A stretch of 63,643 nucleotides of DNA, the filler included, from Choristocarpus tenellus KU-1152 (taxonomy: Eukaryota; Protista; Phaeophyceae): NCBI GenBank assembly GCA_964200185.2. It is 12 parts of 12 records of this genome, joined end to end, with 100 filler letters (N's around TTAATTAATTAA, not from the genome) between each part and the next. Parts side by side here need not be neighbours in the genome. Positions count along the whole stretch, not along the records: positions 35,468 to 38,991 come from CAXNAD020019462.1; positions 39,092 to 45,526 come from CAXNAD020008146.1; positions 45,627 to 53,293 come from CAXNAD020005782.1; 9 more parts are not named here. One strand, 5' to 3'. Positions 38,951 to 49,777 of the stretch are shown here, in pieces. Each line of letters starts with the position of its first letter. Positions within the stretch are counted from its first letter, which is position 1. A program made the position numbers and the translations under genes. The notes beneath the pieces are model-generated. The model saw nothing but the letters and a program-made list of their open reading frames with translations. It was not told where the DNA came from and searched no databases.

Positions 38951-39959
38951 ACCCTAGCACAGCTACGACCTCTATGCTGCGAACCTTGCATNNNNNNNNN
39001 NNNNNNNNNNNNNNNNNNNNNNNNNNNNNNNNNNNTTAATTAATTAANNNNNNNNNNNNNNNNNNNNNNNNNNNNNNNNNNNNNNNNNNNNGTCCTGCCA
39101 TATAAAGGCTTGCTCTACCCATAAACAAAGAACATACAAACAAAAGTCTCAGAAAAATAGGGAGTGTCATAGTAAGACTCTCTCTCCTCACAAATATCAA
39201 CACAAATGAACATGGATGCAAAATTACAATAGTACTGAAATAGGGTGTTGTTATAGACTCTTCCCCTTTCAGAACTATAACTACAAACAATAGAAGGCAG
39301 GAATCTTGTCTCAAATACAAACAAAAATGTCTAAAAACCACGTAAGATAGTAAATGTCATAACAAGGCCACTCACACTGGTTGGAATGCGAAAAGGCAGA
39401 CATGCTATTCGCCTGTAACGTGCCCCCCAGCGTGAACTAGGAATACATGCTTCATGCTTCATGCTTACCACAGGCGATTATCACAGGTCAGGACAATAAA
39501 TATCATCTATCACCTCGAATCGTGCTGCGGCAGCATGTATTAATTGCCACATGGCGACATAGGGGCTCCAGTTCCGACTCCGTTCCCACTCTGCCAGTTG
39601 TTTCTTGACTATTTATTTATTATTTAGTCATTATGGTCCCTGATTGTGATAAGACATTCTAGGCCAGTTCTTTTATATACGATGATATTGATGATAATCC
39701 AAGGGAGAGATCCTGCATACTTGACGACTTGTGCATCAGAAGTCCTATACGTACATCAGTATCATCTATAGGCCCCCGTAGATTGGAGCTATACATCCTG
39801 TGGAGGTAAGCTCTCAGGGGCGCCTGTAACGTGGAGGTCCTACCGAGACTTCCACCCTTTAACATTTGAACACACGTCTGAGTGTTGTATTTTGACATTT
39901 TGGTGGAATTGGCAGTGAGTAAGTGAGTGAGTTGAGTGCCTAGATCCATTTGCTGATGA

Positions 39960-40330
39960 TAGCTTTGCTGGAAACAATGGTGATAGTAGATCCACGATTG
40001 GAGAAGCTATAATTTTGCTGGAGGGATCATAATAGCTTGGGTGTCGAAGATTCCAAAGGTTATGTATCTGTCTTCTTTGCAGTGTGAGTATATACCCCGT
40101 ACCAGTGTGGCACAGGAGTCCTGGATTTTCTTTGCGAAATGTTTTGGAGTTTGTTCAGTCACAGTTCCAAGATGTTGCATTGAGATGTTTAGGACAATGA
40201 TTAGTAGTGCATGCAAGTTAGTACATAACGCAACCATATCAACCCGGACCAAGCACATTGACTTCCCGACCACTTTCTGATGCATTTTGCGAAGAAAGAT
40301 TTATTTGTCTTGTTTTTGGTGGGTACTGTG
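39960..40330 (+). mobile_element. Copia RNase H remnant
   Basis: ISTRTKHIDF motif with frameshifts. Confidence 0.65.
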
Positions 40331-40402
40331 TTAAAACTTAGACTACCCTCATCTTCGCTAGTAAATACAGTTCAATACCACCAACCAGTGTGACTGCTGA
40401 TT

Positions 40403-40605
40403 CGCCTGTTGCCTTCCTTGGATGTGGTAGCCGTCTCTCAGGCTCCTTCTCCTGAATCGAACCCCAATTCCCTGCTAAAGCAACGGTAGGCCATTACCCT
40501 ACACCCACAACTGATAGGGCAGAAACTTGAATGAGACGTTGCCACCAAGGTGTACGATCCGCAAGTGATCATGATTCACCTCTACCCGGTCAAACCCGCC
40601 TTGGT
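40403..40605 (-). pseudogene. Degenerate 18S rRNA fragment (5' domain)
   Basis: The reverse complement contains tcattcaagtttctgccctatcag and ggagcctgagagacggctaccacatccaaggaaggca, universal SSU motifs, with substitutions and a deletion. It is isolated from other rDNA. Confidence 0.92.
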
Positions 40606-41022
40606 TTCATATTGGTTTCTTAGTGTGTAAGCAGCGAGATCACATATATATATACCACTCTGCACAATATGTGAGTACGACTTACTGTTTTTTATGTGTA
40701 ATGATAGTGCACTCAGATTTTTGGAATGCTTCCCTTGGTCCTCGCCCAGTCGTGCAGAGCTAAGCTAGGTTGGAGGCATAGCAGCAATATACACGTAACA
40801 TCGAAATTACCAATCTCTTTAAGGGAGTGTTTGTAGTATAGCTGGTATTCAAACAGAAAATATAGTATAGAGAGATATCTTTCACATTTACAACAATAGT
40901 TACTTTTACAGAGATAGGTCCTTGTAATATTGTTTTGGCTTTTTCTCTGAATGAAGCATCTGCAAAATGTTAAGCATAACATAATATATATACATGTATG
41001 TAGTTCACTTGATCCCTGAAAT

Positions 41023-41206
41023 GGCTCAAAGTATCTGAGGGGGGGGGGTGGCAACTGTCCATTTGGGGCCCTTTTTTTCATGTCGCGATTTTTGGGTGAT
41101 TTGGTTGCATACGTCGGATGGATAATAATGTAAGTTCACTTTTCCTGGTCAGAGCTCGAATGACACCCTGGTGTAGACCCCCCCCCTCCCCCAGATACTT
41201 TGAGCC
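41023..41206. mobile_element. MITE family A (184 bp), full copy; partial copies at 1-22, 21340-21388, 27102-27118, 27219-27238, 53394-53462, 58109-58173
   Basis: TIR ggctcaaagtatctg-(G)n...(C)n-cagatactttgagcc, flanked by AAAT/AAAT. Confidence 0.92.
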
Positions 41207-42231
41207 AAATCAGTAGATATTCCTCAACATGCAAACTCAGCATGTGCACGCGTGAGTTTACCCAGAGTTTACGCAGGTCTCTTTCATTTTTTCCACAGAA
41301 GAAATAAACTGTATAGTAGTTGTTGATGTTTTGTAATTTCTCCTTGATTGGTGACGCCAACAACTTGACTACGAATCTACTCTGCAATAAGTGTACCTCT
41401 ACACACAACTAACTGGATGGGATATACACGGCCTCCTTCACAAGGTAACAAGCCTCTACACAGAGCATGTATCGTTTCCTTTGAATGCACTAAAGGAACA
41501 GCACACCACACCATAGTATTCAATCTGTATCTATACAGAGTATGCCACAAGATTCATCACAGTGAATTCACTAGTGCTTCAGTGCAATATGTCTTCCCTT
41601 CACATACAAGGCTTCAAGCATGTACACAGTGCGCTTCACCAGAACCATCAACGATAGAATCAATTCAATGCTTCAACATACTGCAGATCAGAGAGTAGAG
41701 TCTGGTCTTTTTTCTGGCGGCATGTGACGTTTTTGATGAGCTTGGAACGTACTACTTACTTGCTGTGTCTGTGTATTTTATGTGTTAGTTTTTAAGTTGT
41801 ACAAGAAGGGGAAGGTGTAAACTGTGTTGTCGTGGTCATCCTATGAATGTGGTGACATGATTAAGCACCACAGTCGCTAGTCGAGACCTACGGCATCAAT
41901 AGAATATAGAAAACGAACATTCTTGACGCAACGTCTCCTCCTGTCACGACAAGGCAAAATATGATCAGAGATCCATCTGAAAAAATATTTCGTAATGAAT
42001 ATTTTGAGTTCATCGTGGCACTACACCAGGGAGGAAGAAGGAATTCTGCCGACGTTTAAGAAAAGGTGCAGTCAGTGCATGGGAGGGTTGTCGATGACAA
42101 CATGTGCAGTCCCTGCACCCAAGCAATCATCGCAATCTTGGTTTAGTCTCCAAGAGGCACCCAGATTGGGCGAGCCTCGAAGTTCAACTTCTCAAAGTCT
42201 CAGAACGGGAAGGACGAGAGAAACTGGACGA

Positions 42232-44927
42232 ATGGGCTGCAAGGATGACAAATGTCTGCTCGGAAGGTAGGGAGTTCCTGTGAGTTCGTGTGGTGCGAAC
42301 TCTACAGAGACAAGGATTACTTCAGTATGAGAACAACATGAAAGTAAAGATCACTGCGCTCACCATTATTTTGATAGATTCGCCTGTGAGTGGTGATAAC
42401 TTGCTCCCCTCACAGTCAGTAACGCTTTTAGATGGTATTGTAGGGTAACAGGCTAATGTTTTTGTTCTACTCTCAAGTATTTTAGTACGTTCCCCTTCGC
42501 ATAATTGAACTTTTTAATCCAGTACTCTCTTTACACGATAGTACTATCACCTACTTGACATTAGTGAGTTTTTAAAAATGAGGTTCGTGACTGTCCCACT
42601 GTGTTCATCGTGATGGTAAGCAACCTCTCTCAATACTCATTCCACAGCTTACTGGGCAACTTTTAGGATGCCACTTTCTACAGCACTATCTTTGCCCAGT
42701 CTTTCGAGCCGTGTCCGAAGTCTGTTGGAAATTCGTCTTGGCGGTGGGAGACGTGCCAAGTCATATTGTACTTTGGTGGCCCTTGTCTATCTGTTCACCT
42801 GGCTCCGACAGAGGCAGCTGCCAGAGGTTTTCTACAGGCGCACAAAGCACAATGTGCGCATGCTTAGTGCACTCGCTGGTGTGCTTGATCTCCCGTATCT
42901 CCCTTCTTGGCTTACTCCTAATGCGCACGTGAACTGTTTACTTGGGTACGCCAAGCGGGGGCCTGCCCTCTCAAGAACACGGGAGATTGTTCGCACCTGG
43001 GGTGAGACTTCGGGGTGAGAGCCCAACAAGATGAGAAAAAAGTAAACATAAAAAGCTTGCTTGGAGAGTTACCTGACTAAATATACACCAAGAAGCTCGT
43101 CTTCTGCAATTCGGTTGTTGATTTTTACAAAAGTTCGAGCTCCCCCCCTCCCCCCCCCCTTTCCTACCGAAGAACCTCCGTTAGAAGAAACGGCAATTTC
43201 AGCTATTCGCATGGATTGCTCAAGTGGTGGGCAGTATCAATGTAGCAAAGGGGCGCTTCGATGAAAAGATCAACATCGAGATGTGTTGGTGTTGATGTAG
43301 GGGGATCCGCCATCCCATTCCCCCCCCCACCATCCCCACATCCTACTAAGCCTTAACGCCTATCTTCATGACCCAAGATACCGGACTTTTACCCCCTTTG
43401 ACCTCTGCTCCATTTCCCTATTAATACACCCACCGTAAATTCTACGGTAGGTCCCGAGGCAATATTTCATCCTTGGAGCAGCACCATACCTCAGCCAGTC
43501 TCTCGGGTTTACCGTCTGCCGCGTACTCCTATGCTGTTGCTCCTCTATTTTAGTCTCCAAGATCTGTCTCCTACGTTCTCACCATACTCTCCACCTTTAT
43601 CTGAACCACTATCTAATCAACTATTTTGTTGCTTGCTCCATACGTCGTGTTATGGTGCTGTGTGTGTGTGGCATGCATGTTAATGGTGCCTGACATCCAA
43701 CAACTGCAGATGGGGGCAACTTTGCACTGGATTGGCGGAATCGTGATGAGGGTGAATCTGATCTGACGCCAGAGACGCCAACAGTGTTGGTGATTCATGG
43801 ACTCAATGGCAGCAGCAGTGAGGGCTGTATACTCTACGCAATGGTGAGTTGACCGAGTTTTGGTAATTGACAATCCAGATGGTATGTTGACCTGCTCATG
43901 CTTAAACGGCTTGAGTACCCTTCCAGACATTTCCCATGCCCTGTGCTTGTGCCTGCCCTGATTTGGTGCTCCCCCCCCAACGTCTTGCTTGATGTCCACA
44001 CCAACTCTTTTGTTGCAAAAGGACTTGGCACATTCTCGTGGGTGGAGGGCTGTAGCAATGAACCACCGCGGATGTGGGGGGACGTTTCTCAGCTCAGGTT
44101 GGACCTACAATGGAGCCTTCACAGGAGATGTGCGACTTGCAGTCAGTCACATCCGGCACAGGTGAATAGATATTAGGTGTCTTCTTTCAAGTTGTCCTCT
44201 CAATACACAGACACTGACAAAACAACACCCATTTGCACATGGTACAAGCATACGCAAGGCAATATACACAAGAGTTAATTGAATATGCTTTGTTTGGAAC
44301 TAGTATGGCTCATTCAAATGAATAGAGATTGCTTCATTTATCATGATCTTACTTTCAGCAGGGATAAGAAGCAGGTAGGATGTTTAGATGATTTGCACAA
44401 GGGCGATGAAGAGAGTTGTGCTGAAGTAGTTAAAGCTGATGCGGGGACTGGTAATGTGAATCCAATGTATGTGTTTGGACCATTGAACTACATGTATCGT
44501 GGTCGTCAAGGGTATGCAATTTGTAGTATTTTAGCCAGCCTGTAGTGGATGGGAGGTGAAAGTATTTTCCTCGTTCATAGTAGGCTTAGTTTTGTTGATC
44601 TCCAACAAATGTGGGACTAGAGCAATCACCAAAAATTGAAAATCTGTCCATATCAACCAACTGTACCCCCTACATGGCCACATTGCCCTTGAACAAAGGT
44701 ACCCGATGTCACCTGTCTTTGCGGTGGGCTACTCACTGGGAGCCAACCTGTTGGTCAAGTACCTTGGTGAGGAGGGTAGCCGTGGAGATGCGCCCCTCTC
44801 TGGTGCGGTCTCTGTGTCCAACCCTTGGAACTTTGAGAACAACTCAATTGCGCTCAGCACTGACAAAGACCTAGGGGAGAGGGTGCTTGGGAGGTTCTAC
44901 AGCATGGCTTTGGCGATAGGAATTAAG
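42232..44927 (+). CDS. Alpha/beta hydrolase of the ABHD1/3-YheT family; 3'-partial. Exons 42232-42266, 42667-43001, 43710-43843, 44022-44161, 44699-44927
   Basis: DGGNFALDW, VLVIHGLNGSSSE, MNHRGCGG, nucleophile elbow AVGYSLGAN, VSNPWN. Phase-consistent GT-AG junctions; first exon less certain. Confidence 0.9.
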
Positions 44928-45701
44928 GTGAGGAGGTTGGTGATACCTCATATCCTGTGTTCCTATACCTCTTCCTCTTTCGTTGCATTTCTACCTGGTC
45001 TGAAGCGTCCTTGCCTCACCCACTACACTCCCGAGATTTGGCGGAGTGGCAATGATAACATTTGATCATTTGGTTGTGTGCCATGGTTCTTTGATGAAGT
45101 TGAGAGGAGTCAGGGAGTGAAAGTAGTGTTTGTCGTGAACTCTGTTGTAGAAGGTACCTGCTTCCTGCCTCCTCATTAATAGGTGGTAGTGTCACTGTGG
45201 CATTATCTGCTGCTGCTATTTTTTTTATTTCTTAGTCAAAGTCCCTTTGGCAAATCAATATGTTGAGGGACCATACGATGCCACATCATTTTTATTTTAT
45301 TTTTTGAGTGCTGGATGCTCTGTGTTGAACACCAACACTTTTGAACACATGTTAGTTTCACTATAGGTACCCAACAACAGATGGGGAGATTTTCAACGCA
45401 TTGGATTTCCAATCCTACCCTTACGTCGCTTGTCCGCTGCCCCTACCTTTTGTTCGGTTCTTGTCCCCCTTCCCCCTTGTCCCCCTTCCCCCTTTTCCCT
45501 TACTCCGTTTCCCCGCCATCCCTACGNNNNNNNNNNNNNNNNNNNNNNNNNNNNNNNNNNNNNNNNNNNNTTAATTAATTAANNNNNNNNNNNNNNNNNN
45601 NNNNNNNNNNNNNNNNNNNNNNNNNNCCCCCCCTCGCCCCACCTCTTCCACATGCCCTCCAACCCATCCCCAACAGTGACGAACCTGGGAGTGCACCACG
45701 A

Positions 45702-46787
45702 ATGCGTGATGGGTTTTATTTCTCTTCCCTGTACTTACCACCAAACAGGGGAGTGCCAAGAGAGCCTCCAAGCAGAGATCTACTCGCTGCTGCTCATCGG
45801 TTGTCCTGTCTACGACAAGCTAGTACCACAACCTTGTCTTCACAGTCTTCCACCTTGCGATCGATCCCTGGCGGTGGTGATCTTTCGTCGAGTGCTGCGC
45901 AGAGTGTGGGGTCATGGACAGGGGCAGGGGCAGGGGCAGGGGCAGGGAACTCGACATGTCAGCTTCCAGACAGGACTGTTAAGGAAGATGCTGCTCGGAA
46001 TTTGCCGAAAGACCAGCTTGATGAGGGCATTGCAGGGTCTAAGGTGCACCTGGAGGATGGGGTACGAGGGGTGGGTGCTGGGGCAGCTCCAGGGCCAGGG
46101 CTGGGACCATCTTCGGTTCCACCAGGGTGTAGTGGGGGGTGGGGGCGACCGTGGCGAATATATGAGACGGAGAGCATGCTGCGAGATGTGATCATTGACT
46201 TTCTACGTGCTGCCACACTACCCTTGGGGGAGACCACCCCATCAGCACAACTCAAGGTTGGGTCTGCAGTGACCAAGGGAGGGGGTATGGGAGAGAGAGG
46301 AAAGGTGCCTGCGGGGGTGACAGCATTGGAACTCCTTGGGCGTATTGTAAACCAACCAGTTGGGGTGGGAGGGGGATCAGTTGATAGTTCTGGAAGGCTG
46401 GGGGAGGAGGGACAGTCGTCAAGGGGTGCTCTCAGTTTAGCCGAACGCAGGTTTCTCCTTTACCAGTTACCCCCATCAATTGAGAGGCATTTACAGTGGC
46501 TTGTGAAGGACGGCCTTGCAGCAATAGTGGTTGGATCAAATAAGGAAGAGGCCTTGGGAGGTACACGGGCAGATCACTATGTTGCTTTGCCCTGTGGGAA
46601 GAGGAGGGGTTTGGCTTCATCATCAACAAATGGGGGTGCAGGGGTTAGGGAAGGTCAAGACCCAAGGGAGAGTAGGGCACAATTGCCAGAGCACGAGGGT
46701 GCATCGGCAGTTTCTGAGCAGCCCAGGACAATGAGATCTCGGCCACTAAAGATGGTGAAACCGTGGAGAGTCTATAAACCTCAATGA
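45702..46787 (+). CDS. Terminal exon of an unknown Gly-rich protein with a possible winged-helix segment; 5'-partial
   Basis: About 1.08 kb open frame with ordered segments MLRDVIIDFLRAA / VTALELLGRIV / SIERHLQWLVKDGLA between low-complexity loops. Confidence 0.6.
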   Translation: MRDGFYFSSLYLPPNRGVPREPPSRDLLAAAHRLSCLRQASTTTLSSQSSTLRSIPGGGDLSSSAAQSVGSWTGAGAGAGAGNSTCQLPDRTVKEDAARNLPKDQLDEGIAGSKVHLEDGVRGVGAGAAPGPGLGPSSVPPGCSGGWGRPWRIYETESMLRDVIIDFLRAATLPLGETTPSAQLKVGSAVTKGGGMGERGKVPAGVTALELLGRIVNQPVGVGGGSVDSSGRLGEEGQSSRGALSLAERRFLLYQLPPSIERHLQWLVKDGLAAIVVGSNKEEALGGTRADHYVALPCGKRRGLASSSTNGGAGVREGQDPRESRAQLPEHEGASAVSEQPRTMRSRPLKMVKPWRVYKPQ

Positions 46788-49256
46788 CAATGTATCTGTG
46801 TGTGAAATGAGAGGTTGTCTAGGATGAAGAGTTCTGAGCCCAAGATGACTTGCAATGGGAGAACAGAGTTTGATTGGCCTGGATCGAGATGTGTGAGTGT
46901 TAAGAAAAGGATACCCCCCTGCCCTGTGCCACTCACCTCTTCTCCGTAGGTCTTGATTCCGGTGCTGTTTTGACTTTTTTCCCTTTGTGGTTAGGATAGG
47001 AAGCCATGCATGACACATGCTCTTCAAGCTGGTTGTTGGTCTCCTCGAGCTCTTGGTTGCGAATTGCTTGCTACATGTGGGAGTGTGTACACAATAGTGT
47101 TTTGTGTTTGACTTGGGTTGTGCAGAAAGCTATCCCTCCTTCTGGCGAGCTCTATGTGTCAAAAAGCATTAGTTTTTTCTATGGCAAAAGGGATGCATTG
47201 CTGCCGCATGTTGATATACCGAGCACTTGGGGGGGAGGGAGTAAATGAGAAATGTACAGTGGTAGTGCGCGAAGAGGCGAAATTCAATTGCCCCCACCCC
47301 CCACCCATCGTTTCTACATTTTGTGTGCTTGTGCTTGCGGTGTGTGATTCTAACTCAAAGGGGGTTGGCGTGGACAACTCTACCGTACGCGCTTCCCCCC
47401 ACCCTGCCTACTAGGTACTGTTGGTGTTGCCTGAAGGTGAGAGCGCATAGTGTGTGTGCTCCACTTGTTTTATGTATGGATGTTCGGTGGTGTTAGTGTT
47501 ATGATTGTATTATATGATACAGTGCAGAAAGGTGTGGGTGGAAGAGGGGGGTTGGGCAGGAGGGAAATGATTATGTCTTGTGCTGCATGAAGGTGTCTGT
47601 TTTTTGTCGTTTATGTGGGTATGGTGTATGCTAGCTACAGATTCCAGTGACTTATCACGTCCTGAGAGAACGAAGCGGGATTGGGACTGGGGGGGCTTGA
47701 ATTAGGCGGGGTGGGGATGGGATGGTTTGCTTTTCCTGCCTCTTTTTGGTTTGGTCAGATCAGGACGAGGCAAGGCGAGGCGACAGTAGACCTTATACAG
47801 ACCCCTAGAGGGCCCCATTTTTATTTTTTTTTCCGGTTTTGTTCCACTGCGACTAGACGCGTGAGCAAGCACCCTCCATGCTGCGCACCCTGCCTGCCAG
47901 GAGATTACTTCGCTGAAGGCGGGTGGAGCTAGACGGGCACACAGACAGGCAGACTGCTGGGGAAGACAAGCATGCGTAAATGTGTTGCAACGTCCAATAA
48001 TAAAGTAAATACGAGAGATGTTGTGAAGAGTTATGGTGGTGTTAGACATCTATGCCCAACAAATGCCATACAAGTGTTATTAGGTCAAGGTCAGCATCGT
48101 CATGTATGTAATTCCTTTTTGCGTTTCTGTTGGTCTGTTCAAGCATGGCTGGGCATGACTATCAGGAGCGTAAGGTCAAGAGGAGAAGGTGTGACAACTA
48201 TAGATAATAGACAATGGGATGTTTATCAGAGAGTCATAGTAGCTGTCAAGTTCAAGGGGGCTCTGTGACTGCCTGATGGTAGTTACGTCCTTGCAATTTG
48301 GAGTGCGATTTGCATTAGTTGGGGTCGGAAGTTTGTCTCCTCTTCTACAGCGCCAGTTGCCTGAAGATGAGGGCCTGCTATATCCTGTGCATGGGAATGT
48401 GAGTGTCAGGCAAAACAGCCTGCTGTGCTCGAAGGGGACTTCCTTGACCACCCCCCTCTTAAAATACAATGGCCAAATAGTTCGTAGGAGTTATTCTTGT
48501 AGTTCCTCATTCATCACACACTCATGGTAGTGCACTTGACTCCAATATTGCAATGCTTGTTGGACTACTGTCATTTGGTCACCTAACAGGGAATGCACTT
48601 ATCTCTTCAAAGTTAGTTGGTGTGTAGAATATGCCAATAGTTACCTCCAAACCCACGAGGTTTTTTCATTACACCTGCAACTACTATGCACATAGTAAAT
48701 GTTACACAGTATGAACACTCAGCAGTTATACCCACCTCATCAGAATGCGATCGGCCAAGACACGTTCGTTGTCCTGAAGCTGGAACGCAACTATTTTCGG
48801 CGAAAACCGTCTACGAAAAGTAGAGGCTTCCAATACATCAGTGTGTATTTACATGCTTTCTATGTGGTGACTATTCCATCCTATTCTACTTGCAATGGGA
48901 CACGACTATATTATACTATATACACGTATCATGTAATATACCATCATATTTCGTAACATGAAAATATCCCATTAAGCAAGATGACCTACAAAACATCAAT
49001 GTAAATGCATACAGTAATAATAGTACACCAATAGCATACTATTATATTTCTCACGTACGAGGTGTACCTCATGTGTGTGCTAGGTACACAACACTCGATA
49101 AAATACTATGTATCACTTCACCAAGTAGAGTAGTAGTTGTAGTAGTTCCTAGCACTCCTGCAAAGGGTGAAATAAACTGAACACGCACCTCTATTTTATA
49201 AGAAGTTAAACAAAATAGTACATTACTACTACTACTAATACAAAGGACCACTAAAA

Positions 49257-49287
<31 letters not shown>

Positions 49288-49777
49288 CTGTGTCCCTCAT
49301 TGCACTACATAAAATAATAGCTCTATCTACAACTAGAGGTTGCTGTGTCTGCCTCTGCATATATGCAACAATTGATTTTCTTTCTTTGAAACCACGAAAG
49401 TTAAAAAATAAGTACAAGCTCTTTGCATCAACGAAAATTTTCGAAGGAACAGTCAGCCCTCTCTGCGCCTGGTCTCTGTAAATGGTACAAAGCACACACT
49501 GCTCAATTCTGAAGTAAGGTTATCGAGCACGACCAAACTAGTTTGCAAAGGGGGAAATACAACTTACTCCAGGTATCAAGTCTCAAAAGCTGCTGAATAA
49601 TTCCTGTATCAAGGCCATCCAAAATGGGCATCTATTTCTACCTGTTGCAGGCAAGTGTCCACTACAGTAAGGCCTCCAAGTCTGCCGAACAAACTCATTG
49701 CTACTACATAGCTTTGATCACATGCGTGATCTATAGCTGATTACTCCCCCCGAAAGAGTCGTTCTCATCTGGAGTCA

